From positions 7,425,519 through 7,489,518 of the forward strand of contig CM082578.2 of assembly GCA_040954595.2 (NCBI GenBank): a stretch of DNA of 64,000 nucleotides, written 5' to 3'. This DNA comes from Balanoglossus misakiensis (Eukaryota; Animalia; Hemichordata). The notes beneath the pieces are model-generated. The model searched no databases and was not told the origin of the DNA. It saw only the letters and a list, made by a program, of their open reading frames with translations. Positions 36,401 through 48,600 of this stretch are shown here, in pieces (within the stretch, counting starts at the first letter, position 1; the number at the start of each line of letters is the position of its first letter). The translations under genes were made by a program, and so were the position numbers.

Positions 36401-39400
36401 TGATGCAGTACTACATTTTAATAAATACATTTTGCTCATTGGTTTGTTCAGTTTACCAAGTTTTATGAACTTTGGATATCTGACAAACGGCAAGAATTCA
36501 TTAAATAACGTAAATTAGTTCTAAATTCATTGAAATCTCATTTTCACCTGGACTGAGACCTGGGCCGTGCTTGTTTTGCCTCCCGAATCTGTGGCCTTTA
36601 CGGTTAAGATGTAGATGTCCGAGGTGACCGCTTCGTAGTCGAGTACACCGTTTGTGATCAGCGATGTGCCACTGGTGTCGAATTTGTTTGCTGGAGCCAA
36701 GTCGTCTCCGGTGATAATTTCGAGAGTCAGCGTGTCGCCAATGTCTTGGTCAGTACAGGATAATTCCACTACCGTTGCCCCTGTGTAAGACAATTGACGT
36801 ATGGTGATTTGCGTTACGAACCGACGACAGCCAATATGTCTATGAGATAGATGAGATGGACTGCATTTCCGTTTTGGTTCTTGTCATTCCAAATAACAGT
36901 GATTGCAAAAAATATAGATGCATTTGTGACAGTGTACATTTGAACGATGATTGTTTGAGTAAAGAGACGCGGACAATTGCGCGTGCATGCGTTGCTGAGA
37001 AAGTTTGCCTTGGCTCTGTAAAGAAGCATATGGGCTTTTTACCTGCTCCGCCGTTCTCAAAGATGACTTCGTTGTAGACGACGGGATCAAAAACCGGTGG
37101 GTATTCGTTGACAGGCAGCACTGTGACGCTGACAGAGGTAGTCCCAGTGACCCCGCCTTGGTCCGTAGCGATCAGTTTAAACGAGTAGGTATCACTCGCG
37201 CCGCCGTCAAGGTCAAAGTCAGCCATCGTGGCTATTATGCCGCTCGCATCCACGCTGAATTTACTGGCTCCCGCACCTATGAGAAGAAACTTTATTTTAC
37301 TTAACACTAATGCATTTAATTCTATTCGCATCATTACTGCAACGTTTCACATTGTTCTTGATATGCCCTGTAACTGAAGTTGCGTGCAGAACATGAAGCG
37401 TCCAAACGTCGCATTTTCATTCCAGACAAAGGAAAGAAAACTGCGAAGGAGTCACTAGCTGTAGTTTTTAGATAAAGCACCATATAATGCAGACTGAAGC
37501 AAATTTTGCACACGGACAAATTAGTGTACCACGATCACTACTAAGCCTATTCACAGAGTATTATCCTTACCTTACACGTATACTTATTCTATTCATTTCT
37601 GCAAAAATGTTCTTTTTTTATTTTTTGATATTCTAGCCGTTGACGAAAAAAGAAACATTTTAAGGTTTCATGCCTACCGCTCAAGGTAAACGTGGAGGAG
37701 TCGCCAGCATCGCGGTCGCTGAGTTCATCCACAGGACCGTTCGGTGTGGAGACCGGCCACGTGACACCGGTCCCAAACACAACATCTTCGTTGATTTCAC
37801 CGACATAGAGAGTCTTCAGGAATTTCGGTGGCTCGTCAAAGACTGGACGAACGTTTATGTTGAGGTTTGCCGTGATGGGTACCTGTCCATCGCTCGCTCT
37901 GGAGATGTCAAAAGTAAACAGTGTCAGTAAACGTTGTTAGACAACACCATGTTAAGCTTATTCCTGGGATCTGTATCAGTATCGCCAAAGTGATGATTGT
38001 AGTATTTGTCCGTATATACTGTCAAATGTTCTTTCCTCTAAGTGATTTTTATCATAAGTGTACCAGTTGTTGCCTGATTTCAGCCATAAATGAGTTCATG
38101 GCTAATGTTGCCTACACCTTCGCTTCATATCTCTGGTTTGCAAATTAGAGTTTGAGGGTGTCTACCTGATCAGCAACGTGTATGACGTCACGGCGCCCGG
38201 ATCATCAGCTTGCAGGGAACCAACGGTGCTCACAACACCGGTTGGACCGATGCTGAATTTCGGGGTGCCAGCGGGGATCTGCGACAGGATAGCGTAGGTG
38301 ATGACGTCATTATCTTCGTCGTTGACGACGACCGTGAACACTGACGTTCCGGTGCCGACGTCTTCGTCGACGTAGACCGTGTTGGCGAGGTTGGGCAGCG
38401 CGGCGAACGCCGGGTCGTCGTTTCTGTCGTTCACCCTGACGGTAATGCTGACGGAACTCTTCGTATCCCGGTCGCCAGGTTCCCTAATTTCGACCACGAG
38501 TGTATGCTGTGTGGCCTGTTCGTAATTCAGGTCTGAAGGGTCCGTACTGGTGAATACCTGCACGGAGCACAACAACGAACATTTTTTTCAATGCCCTATA
38601 TATGGTATACCTCTCCGTATGTATATACTAGTATTTCTCTCTATGGCTGTGCCTCTCATGCTCCGGATTTCTTGAGCCGATTCCATAAACCCATCTCTTT
38701 CACAGTTTACAAACTTTTCAATTGGCCAAAAAGTAATAACACATGTTTTCCGGTAACTCAACCTAATCTCAGGGAGGGAGGAGGACAGGCAAGCAGGGAA
38801 GGAGGGAGGGGCTCGGTCAAGAAGTTGTAGATTTGGTTTCACCTGTTACTCACGCTCACATAGAACTCTATGTATGTTAGTCATTCTTCAAGCATACCCG
38901 AAGTAAGCTTCAAAGCCGATAAACGACACAGTTTATTGAATAGTGAGAATAACACTGGGGGAATCTGTTGTGCATATCGCACTTTACTGAACATTACATT
39001 GAATTATCTTTCGGCAGAGAGAACTGCTCATGTCCAATTGAACGAGCAATGTAAACTAAACACAAAAGGTCTTCCGTTGCTATAGTGTAAACACCACCAT
39101 TCTGTACAACCTCCACCAGTAATGAAAAATATAACAAAAGAAAAATGTGTCAACAAGTATACAAGGGCGTAGATGAGAGACTTTTGGTGGCTTTGGTAAA
39201 TAGATATTAATATCAAGGTTGATGTACCTCTCCGCTGTCGGGTTTCACGTAGAAAATGCCCATCGGTCCGGGACTGGCCGACGCTAACCTGGCTTCACAG
39301 AGCGGGTAAGCGTCGCCGGTGAATGTTGAACCCAGGGCGATGGGTGTGAACGGGAGGGCATCCTCGTCGACGGAGAATACGGATCCCGGATGAGGCGAAA

Positions 39401-42400
39401 AAGTGCACACTGCAGTCGAAAATGGAAAAAAATGGCATGATATCGTTACTTTCACCTCCAAACTAGAAATGGCAGAGTCCATTGCAGCAGTTGAGTTTCT
39501 CTGCCACCATCACGCCAACATGGACGGGTAGAGCTTACATGTATTAGACTGATTGGACAGCTTTGTTTGTTGTCGTCTGTGTTTTTGGTTCTACATGGAC
39601 CAGGTTGACCTAACAATAATTCGATCCGCATTCGCAACATTGACATAATCATTCACAGGCAACTTTTGATAGGAAAGCCTATAAGTATGGTCTGAAGTTA
39701 GATTTGTTCAAACTATTTTGCAATACTATCATATGTGCTGTTGGTTTTATTTATACAGATGGTTTGACTTCGATAACCTATCTCAGGCTGTCTATCTGTG
39801 GTTTTCCACGTTTCTCTGTATTTGTCTCTCTCCTTGTATGTATCTGTGCGTCTGCCTATACATGTATGTCTGCTTGAGTTTTATTTCTGTTTTTCAATCA
39901 GTAAGTCATCAATACAATCACTCTGCCAAAGCGTCTCCCTTTCCGACGCCATCGAAACATTAGTTACCATCACGAGCTGTCTGATCACGAAATTGAAAAA
40001 AAAAGTAAACACAAAATTACTGCCAATGAAATCCAATTAAAGCGAATGCAGTAAATTACAAAGGGCACGATTCAGTTTGTGAAATCAGTGTACCCAGACC
40101 CTTTCTGGTCTCACCAACCAATTGTTTGTCCCAGTCTGCTGTAAATAGGCAGATTCTTCAGCGACAAAGAGGGAATCGCTTCGGCTCCCGGGAAACGATC
40201 TCTAGGTCACAATACCAATAAGTCAGCAGGACCGACATTCTTTCGTCGCGTCTACGTTATCCCGCGAGTTCAGACTGTCCCGAAGGTGGGTCCTTCCACA
40301 ATAAAAAGCGGTTTAAAGAAACTCTAGAAATCGACTGTGGTCATGTCACGACGTTATTCAATAAACAGACGCTGCAGAAGCGATAAAAATATAGTATTAA
40401 ATAATATCGGTGTCACAATTGTGTCGTGCGCAGTCACGCGGGAAACGATAGATATAAATGATTGTATTACGTCGACGGCGGCAAAACTCTTTTCTCCAAG
40501 AGTCCATCCGAACAATCGGTTTGTTTTTGTTTACTGTTCCTGTTCCTAGGTAATTTTGCGAGTTTACCTGGGCGGAATTCGATTAATTTTGATGCCAATT
40601 CTATTCCGACGCTACTTTTAAAAGACGGACTTTTTTGTTTGACGGTCTCTTGTTTAATTTCGTCTTCGTGTTGTTCAGAAGTAATGGCGTCAAACATCCC
40701 CTGGTTTGATTTGTTTCTGCTCGCCATTTTAAATGGCTTCAAGTGATTAACTTTTTGGCTTGAACATAAATCACACCTAAATTACCAACGTGTCAGTTAC
40801 GGCAGTTTTGCTGCTAATAATCGTAACTGTGTTCGGATAATTGGAGATTGTTGAAACGTGGATAAAATCTGAAAACGGGTACACGCTTACTTTAGGTAAT
40901 TCACACGTATTTGCCTATGTCTGGTTATGGGTCTCAATCGTTATGATGGATGATCCGAGTGGATGCAATTAAAACACTTTCAATATGGGACATTGCTGGC
41001 TGCTTCAATTACAAAGTGGTGTTATAAATCTACGTTGTATTGATTGACCGAAAAGAAACAGTCTCCCACTATCTTGTAAAGTTGTCCTTTCGGAAGAAAG
41101 CAATATAAAACTGTACCAAAATTGAACATGTTATTCCAGTGTATAATTAATTTATATCTTTTCAAAATGTGTAAACTAATATAAATTTCAAAGTTTCATA
41201 GTTGTACTCTTGACATTTTCAGTAATCCCTTGCAAAATAATGGCCAATTAGCGTTACACTTCGATTGCAATATTGACGTTCTAGAAAAATGAAGTTTCCG
41301 TCATGAGAGGAGACACAACTTACGTTCATACTTGGAATTTATAATTTTCAAACCATCCACATGGATAATGAGGTTGCATCAGTATTGGAATAATTTTGTG
41401 TTCTACAGAGACAATCTAGTACGAATAATCTCTTCGTTAAATAGTGAACAGTTAAGCTCTGGAACGTATTCAGGCAGCTTATCCGAGTTCATGGATGAAT
41501 GATGACGTCAATTTTCGCGTTAAGTCTTGCCAAATAAAATATCACATATACCTCCCCGACTTGTAGCAAGTGACGTCAAGGTCACGTGCGATACAATGTT
41601 CCCCGGGTTAATTGCATGCTCAAAGACCCACTTTGACAATGGCTGCCCTTGATACTAATCATGAAAAGCCGATTAGGATGTCAAGGTATATAGTAGTTTT
41701 GAATTGAAGAATCAAATTGGTGAGAGCGCTTGATAGAATGTGCCATGTCACACTCTTTTAATTGGGTTTGCTCATCGTGTACATTGTTTATGAAGTTCGA
41801 GGAGGAACATTGAGAAAATGAAAGGCGTTTTGATATTCCATGTATGGATGGGCATAATATGACCGTATAGTACTGCAATCAAAATTTTCTCTGGACATAG
41901 ATTATATTGGCTTTTAAGTTGCCGCCGTCTTCTTATTTTGAAATGTCATTGAGCAAAAACTAAAATAAATGAGCGAGTTTTCATTGCCATTTTATCCTCG
42001 GAAATGACTTTTTGTTTTAGTATTTAAGGTCTGGAAGATATGTTTTTTTTTGCGATGCGAGGTCATGTTTTTGTTTACTACTATTATTCGGGATGTATTT
42101 ACCAGTCATATCAACAACTACGCCGTAAAATAGGGCCACACTCGTCAAAATGCTGAATCCTAGAAGATAGGCATTTGAACAGAATTAACATTCTTCTTTG
42201 GTGTCATATTACAAGGTACACACCCATTACATGAAAAAAATCACGAAAACGTAACAGTGTTGAAAAACAGACCAGACTTACTCATCAGTCATGAAAAATA
42301 TCTTAAGTTTATGTAAGGACATTGAAAATTTTAAGGCAAGTTGGTGTTTTGATATCACGGCTACGTGTTATCAGAACATTTGCACCAATAGTGAAAAAAT

Positions 42401-42744
42401 AAACGCTATTTTCACCAAGAAATTTCAATTTTCGTGTCAAATTATTGCACTTAATAATGAAGGGGTGATGCTTTCAATGCAAAGTAAAATACTCGTAAGT
42501 TCTTTGTGAAATGCAGTGTAATTTTGAGATATTCTATGGTTGAGGTAGTCTGTCAGGAGTGTGATGTACATGTACATTTAAAGTTTATGTGCAACTGTAT
42601 ACTGAGTGTGTAAACTTACTTAACTTATACCAATTCCTCTTAAAAATCACTGTGTAAACCTTTCAACTTACCTGACTGGACCCGGCGTACGTGCAACACC
42701 AAAACGGACCAAAAGACACCAAAAACGCGTGCATTCGACAGCAT
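18339..42744 (-). CDS. Gene B: complete giant cadherin-related protein, about 3885 aa (signal peptide + about 33 EC repeats + SEA/MAD-like domain + TM + Cys-rich segment + tail)
   Basis: 28 phase-consistent GT-AG exons (5'->3' on minus): 42744-42672, 40138-40115, 39409-39228, 38557-38166, 37898-37678, 37276-37043, 36780-36548, 36347-36185, 35796-35228, 35102-35006, 34739-34483, 34337-34220, 33899-33639, 33315-33082, 32914-32756, 32397-31624, 31171-30853, 30389-30283, 30004-27833, 27391-24709, 24275-24022, 23825-22517, 22334-22189, 21905-21734, 21219-20984, 20606-20554, 20120-20057, 18490-18339. They sum to 11658 nt, divisible by 3. EC count is estimated from ectodomain length. Confidence 0.9.
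19185..19216 (-). CDS. Gene B alternative short terminal exon (GDSRLPNISG*)
   Basis: cttttcag|GT GAC AGC AGA CTG CCC AAT ATC TCC GGA TAG; phase fits the donor at 20057; same length and position as C 46994-47025. Confidence 0.65.
19834..19861 (+). repeat. (CAA)n microsatellite in a gene B intron
   Basis: aacaacaacaac... about 8-9 units. Confidence 0.85.
21734..21905 (-). CDS. Gene B transmembrane exon
   Basis: ALSEYPAVFVEKYAATVQSFWTTDAGIATIAILSLLGLLALIGLCSLCYCCFCVPQTG; tttcag|...|gtaggt; this frame is not in the ORF track. Confidence 0.88.
22517..23825 (-). CDS. Gene B exon: last EC repeats and first half of the SEA/MAD-like domain
   Basis: Matches ORF 22513..23871; ends ...RIGISHITVVGDIVTSSARRLLQSS. 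Confidence 0.92.
24709..27391 (-). CDS. Gene B largest exon (2683 nt), cadherin EC repeats
   Basis: Matches ORF 24705..27416; homologous to A 8645-11321 and C 52385-55028. Confidence 0.94.
27833..30004 (-). CDS. Gene B large exon (2172 nt), cadherin EC repeats
   Basis: Matches ORF 27777..30116; canonical splice sites. Confidence 0.93.
40115..40138 (-). CDS. Gene B 24-nt microexon (ADWDKQLV)
   Basis: tttacag|CA GAC TGG GAC AAA CAA TTG GTT G|gtgaga; symmetric phase 1-1. Confidence 0.5.
42672..42744 (-). CDS. Gene B first coding exon, signal peptide
   Basis: MLSNARVFGVFWSVLVLHVRRVQS followed by a strong G|gtaagt donor in phase 1, compatible with the downstream phase-1 exons. Confidence 0.7.
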
Positions 42745-45291
42745 ATTGGATGTCCGCTTCACACTTAACTGCGACAAGAACAGCCTCGTTTCCAACTATC
42801 GGCCAACTCTGGGCTTTTTTACCCATAAACGCGTAATTCACGACTACAGAAAACTAAATCCTTCTGCTATTGTCTTTTGTGTTTCTTTCCTCCAATACAT
42901 CACCGAACTATCAATTATGTCTGCGTTGGCAATTCCGCCAATTGTTCACTCTGCGTATGAGCTGGCTCCAAGGGACACAACAGGGCGTGATTTTACGAGG
43001 ACCAGTCGGTTGGCCGGGGGAGGGGCTACCACCATATTAGTATAAATATTACCTCGGGGCTGAGTATAATCTGAAATATTCCACACATGGCAGTATACAA
43101 AGGCAAGTATACTTGTATGAGAAATATCCTTGACAGAAAGTTGACATCTCAGATTGTTGGCACTCATCGGCCAAGGAAGTCAACTTTTCAAGACCAGCAC
43201 TCCCAGTTGATACAAATGTTTCCATAGGTGTCCCCAGAGCTCGCAAGTCTATGTTAGTTATTGTCTGTTAATCGTGGCTGATAAAAACGCCTCGGGCAAG
43301 AAGACTGGCTTTGGTCTTTTGTGTTTGGGGGCGGCGATGCCGTCCTGTGATGTACGACCTTATATTTACCAGCATAATGGAGCGGTGCGGTGTAAAATTG
43401 GATGAGTCCGAGCTCGTAAAATGCGAACACTGCTGACGGGGGATATGATCGTCATTCGGTGACACCGCCTGACTCCGGGAGGTGCCGATGTCAAAACAGA
43501 ATGTTCGGATCGTGATCGGGTAAATGCGTAGCAGCTGCGCCATATTGGTGTCAGAAAACAACAAGATTGTTTATCACGTCTGTGTTGAGATAAAAACAGT
43601 CTGAAAGGCAGAATCGTCTCAAATTTTGCCGCTTCATTCTGTGTATACACTGTATATACCTCATGCTAATACTGTGTTGTGATTCGCCAGAATCCGTCAC
43701 GTGATAGGAAAATAGAATCGACTATGAATCCCGAGGGAAATAGCATGTGATTCTGGTAACTCACAGCCCCATGGGGGTAATAAACGGCTGCTATGGCCCT
43801 CATGGCCAGGCAATAGGTGTTCAATATGAGGCTAAGTGTATGCAATTAATATTTTCTCGTTCATGATTGTACGCAGCCGGACGTTTTATATAGTTTATAA
43901 CAATTGCCCATGTCTGTCGCAAGGTTAACTTAGCTATCAAAAGAACTTGTACAGGACAGGGAATATGTAAAATATCTCATCATAGAAATACGCCACCGAA
44001 CCACAGTCAAAAACATATGCCAAATAGCTATTACCGGTATATCTGAATACGTTATTCACGATAGAATGGCCCATTATCCAACGCAATCATCCGGGAGCAC
44101 ACCACGCCCCAGTCACTGGGCCCCGCAAACTGGTACACCGAGCGTAATTGATTGACCGATTACAATAGAGATTGCTCATAACTACGTCATGACACACGCA
44201 AAACACAACAACAAGCGTTTGCGTCAACACATTTTGAACGTTTTTGTAGGAAATGTCTTTGTTGTTGTTGTGTGTCTACTTGCTCGCTTTGTTATTCAGA
44301 ATGGGTTGAATGCACTACATCCTACGGCCAGAAAAATAGTCAAACTATTAAAACTTTGTCACAGGACAAAACAGTCTGTGGAGTGTCCGAGTCCACGATC
44401 GTATAACCCTTTTTGAGATAAAGCACGGAGATGTAATCCTGATTGAAACTGATCATGAAGCATAACAGGTTCGAATACCAGTGAATTTGAAAACGGGGAC
44501 TGGAATCACTCGTTAATTACTCTGACATGATTTTCCCGTGCTTCATTTCGTCCACGGTCAACTTTAGAACGGCAAGAAAGTTTTCATTGAAAATGGGTCT
44601 TTCAAGACCACAGAGGGCGATCTTTACTTCTTCGATTTATCGAGAGTGCCGGTTCAGTGTTTTTGCATCGTGTGTACTAAGTGATATGATGTGATGTAAA
44701 CTTAAGCAAAGCTGATCAGTGCTAGTTTAAGTTTTTTTTCCGCGAGAAAATTTCCCATTTACCGTTCATCTTAGTGTCTTGTGTTGTATCGTTTTTGTTT
44801 CGAATTAAAAAAACAAAACAATAGACAATTGTTCTAAAGCCGGATGGAAGAACACACAACGTTCGGTCAGATGATATCAACTGCTTTTTAAAACAACATC
44901 GCTCGGAATATTCACCGAACTACCAACTTTCATCGACAACTGTGGCGTCATACCCATCGCGACACTGTCGGGAAATTGAGTGTAAAATCTCTCCTTCAAA
45001 GCACACTAATGTGACCAACCTCATGTCCACTGGCGCGCGTAATTCCATCGCTCGTCCAAATCCGGGTAAGCCTGTTGGAGGCCAACAGGTCACCAAATTT
45101 GCTCCTGTAAACCCATTGTGTTTTGTGAAGACATTTTCCCATGGCAAAATGTCAAATCGGAAAACATTGATAGTAAGTATAAAATCACAGTATTCATATT
45201 CCTGAAAAAGGGATGCCCGAATTAAATCAACTTCGAGATCGAGATGGTAATTAAAAAGGACCAAAAGACATTTCTATTGTTTTGACGCCAT

Positions 45292-45297
45292 TTTATT
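45292..45297 (-). promoter_or_regulatory. Candidate distal polyadenylation signal (gene C long isoform)
   Basis: TTTATT on + (AATAAA on -) about 210 nt downstream of the long-exon stop. Confidence 0.4.
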
Positions 45298-45504
45298 TCT
45301 ATTCTCACTGATTATAAGACGCTATAATCTTGCTCGGTTACTTGTAATTCATGTTCATAAAGTGCTATAACGTGCACTACAATAATAGCGAACGACGGAT
45401 TCGCATATTAAAATAGCTCTGGATTCTAATAATCTTGCCATGTTTATGATATTCTTGTACATGTAGGACCAACAAGTGTGGTCGTGTGCTTCTCTCGGCC
45501 CGGC

Positions 45505-45653
45505 TCACGCGTCCCCGTTGTCGTAACGACGATTTCTCCTGTCGGCTAACTTGTCCTGCAGATCTTGCTCGGCCCTGGCTTTGTTCAGACCCTGGACTTT
45601 ATTAAACTTTACCTTATCGGCCTCGTGCTGGCGCCTGATTTTGCTGATGTCGT
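45505..45653 (-). CDS. Gene C long terminal exon (charged helical/coiled-coil-like tail)
   Basis: DDISKIRRQHEADKVKFNKVQGLNKARAEQDLQDKLADRRNRRYDNGDA*; ccttggcag| acceptor. Confidence 0.85.
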
Positions 45654-48600
45654 CTGCCAAGGGAAAAAGTGGGATTATTGTCCGCAGATGACCCTGCCAG
45701 TGTTTTATTTCGTGCGTGTATGTGATACAATGCCCCCGTGCATGGCAACCACTGCATTGTTCGACTCCACCAGTTCAAATCTCAGGTCAAGTGAATACAG
45801 ATAAGCCAATTAGCGGGGATGCCATTGTTGAAATCCAGGGACGGGTTGGCGGATTCGATGGGGCTTGCAAGAAACAACGGCAAAACCTTGGCAATGCGTG
45901 TATGTCGTACCCGCAGAGATATTGTCGTGCCTTCTTTTTGACGACACCGACAGAAGCAAATCTGAGATTCCTTTTGATGTCAATCACCCTAAGTTCTGCT
46001 AAATACCTGCTTTTCCTGGCGTCGCGCCAACGAAATTTACAGAGTCTCCGCAGTTCACCAAAAATCACATTAAATGCCTGACAACGACTACATGCAAGGA
46101 AACTAAATCCAGTCGTCATGAAGAACTTCAATGGCATATATATTTAACCTGTTTTTTTTGTACCTAAAAAAAAGTATGTCGCGCGATCGTTTGAAATAAA
46201 AATACACCTCGGTTATGAGCAAGCAAATATGCATTTATTTCTAAGACTGAAAGGCGGTTTAAACAGAGCATTAAAATACATCATTCGCATTCTCCTTCAG
46301 CGATCAAATTGGCCATGTATGGCTGTTTCCGCGCCATACTATCCTCACAGAAAAACACACATTTAGAATGTGTACATAACACGTAGTACATATACATTTA
46401 CGCTGGTCAGAATAGGTAACGGTCGTGTTTGTGATAGGTGAAGATACACACAATATGGGTTTGCTCGACAATACGACAAGTGGCTAAAATGGAATGCAAG
46501 ACAATTGTCGTCCCAACCAAAGCCATCCCGTCGAAAAGACAAAATTGGTCAATTTCCACGATAACACCGAGATCATTATGAGCACAGGTTGGTAGCCTAT
46601 CAATCTGCATCCGTTCATTTTCCCTTTTTCGGCCGAACACCCATACTAGTGTCAATTATAGAAGCAACGGCAAGTACCGTGTTTGTCAAGAAAGGTGTAA
46701 TAGGAATATTCACTGTAGTAAGGATCATATATACGACAGCCTATATAATTGATCCCATCTTCTATCAAACTAAACATGCAAATAATACCAGACATGCTAT
46801 GATATAATCTTTATTGTGAAATGTGCCAGAACTTAAGGAAACGGTTAGAGTTTTAAAATCTAGTCTTGCTCTATGCCCTTTTACAGTCTAGATCTGCCAC
46901 AAGCGGCATCACGTGTTAGTTTGATTTCAAGCTTGTCCGAAGTTTGCAATTCAGCGGCTGCGAGGGGTTAACGTGTTGGAGGAGTTTTGTCTTCTATTCA
47001 GATACATGGGGTAACTTCCCTCCACCTGAAAGATAAGGAGGAAAATCACTTAAGAGGCGGGCCAATTGAAGCTGTGTGCTGTTCATATCCAAGAAGCACG
47101 TGTACACTGCTCTTTTGTATTTTTTACCCGCCGATATTTATTTGGCAGCACATTTATCGTGGGGAATTGTGTTCGCAGAAACAGAAACAGGGACAATCAA
47201 GCAAATGAACAAAGATAGGAAACAGACATTCCCCCGACGTACCTGTCTATAGTGACCGAGGGCGCTCTTTTAATCTGCGCCGTGGCATAAAGCAGAGGAA
47301 AATCGGGAATTACAAAAGTATGGCATATGAGCAAAAGCAGCAGCTGTGCGCACACACGGGAAGCAGCGAGACTTGTCGCAGTTGTGGTGGTGCATGGCTG
47401 GAGGCCGTTGGGAAGAATATCACTAGAAACATTTCAAGGCCCTTTCCGTCGCTGTAAGTACTCATGTTTTACAATGAACAATTTTGAGGAAATATGGCTG
47501 CAGATTGATACCGATGTTATCGTGCGAATCGACCCATTTTCTTCGCAGACACACACACGTTTGATATGACATTAACAACACTCGTGACTTATGCCTTCTC
47601 AATTGTCGAGCTATAGCAGTGAAAGAAATAGTTTAATTAAAGAATAATTACCGTCGCCACCTCGAACGCTTACGGCCGACTTCTACTGGGCGATAAAGAA
47701 TAGAGAAAAACAGTTATAGTGATATCAAGTATATACAATCACGTTACTTTTCGTAACTCCAAATCTTAACAATAAATAACAACCATACTGTGAAAGTAGT
47801 CGGTTGGGTGAACAAAATCACCACCACCACCTCCATCACCACTAACGTGACCACCACTACAAACACCTCCACCAGTATAACTGATTCTTTATGTGGAAAA
47901 TGTCAGAAAAAAATCACATCAAACAGAATAGTTGCTTTATATATGAAGTAAATGAACTTGTAATTTACTTACATGTAGCGATTCTCCTGACTTTTTGACC
48001 GGTAGGTCCTCCCGGTGGTACTCTTTGTACACTACAAACAGAAAAAAACAACAACATAAAAATCTCCTTGCGAAATAAGGCACAAAATATATAGAGGTTT
48101 TAACACCTCCAATTCAGTGGCCAGTTTAACTTGTATTAGTATCGTGTGAATTTTGTATTGTTTGTTGCACTGAGATGTGCATTTGAAAATAATTAGTTTG
48201 AATCTGTGTGTCATTATGTTGTCATTGTTGAACAAACGTTTTCGTTCGATTGACAAAGAAAAGAAAGATTTCCAAGTGTGGCACAGGAGGAATTCTCTCG
48301 TCAACTCTTCCGCTGTTCACGCCAAGAGCAACAATTGTTCATTCCAATATCATTACAATAGAGGCCCAACAGGATATTCTTTCATAGCAAGGCGTCGTGT
48401 CAGATACACATCATGTAGTGGTTTACATTGCAGCTTGCTCTTATGCTTCAGTACATACCGTGCTCTCCCCAGCCGTGTCTCGGACCCCGGGCCTCTGGTT
48501 CCGGCGCCGGTTTGCTGCGACAGCAGTTCTTGATTGCATCAACGAATCTCTGCCAGCATCGCCTGCAGCAGCCGAGGTCGCCGGCGCCGCCCGCACAACA

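Noticed and set aside
18339-42744. Calling these genes Fat/Fat4, Dachsous or CDH23
   Set aside because: No EGF/LamG domains are present, and the EC number and tails do not match Dachsous or CDH23, so no gene symbol is assigned.
42800-45280. Short ORFs in the B-C intergenic region; promoter of B
   Set aside because: No coding signature. A promoter presumably lies here, but no specific element can be supported from sequence alone.
45787-46137. 116-aa minus-strand ORF between the two terminal exons of C
   Set aside because: No phase-compatible acceptor was found, there is no counterpart in B and no recognisable motif. It is probably intron or UTR.
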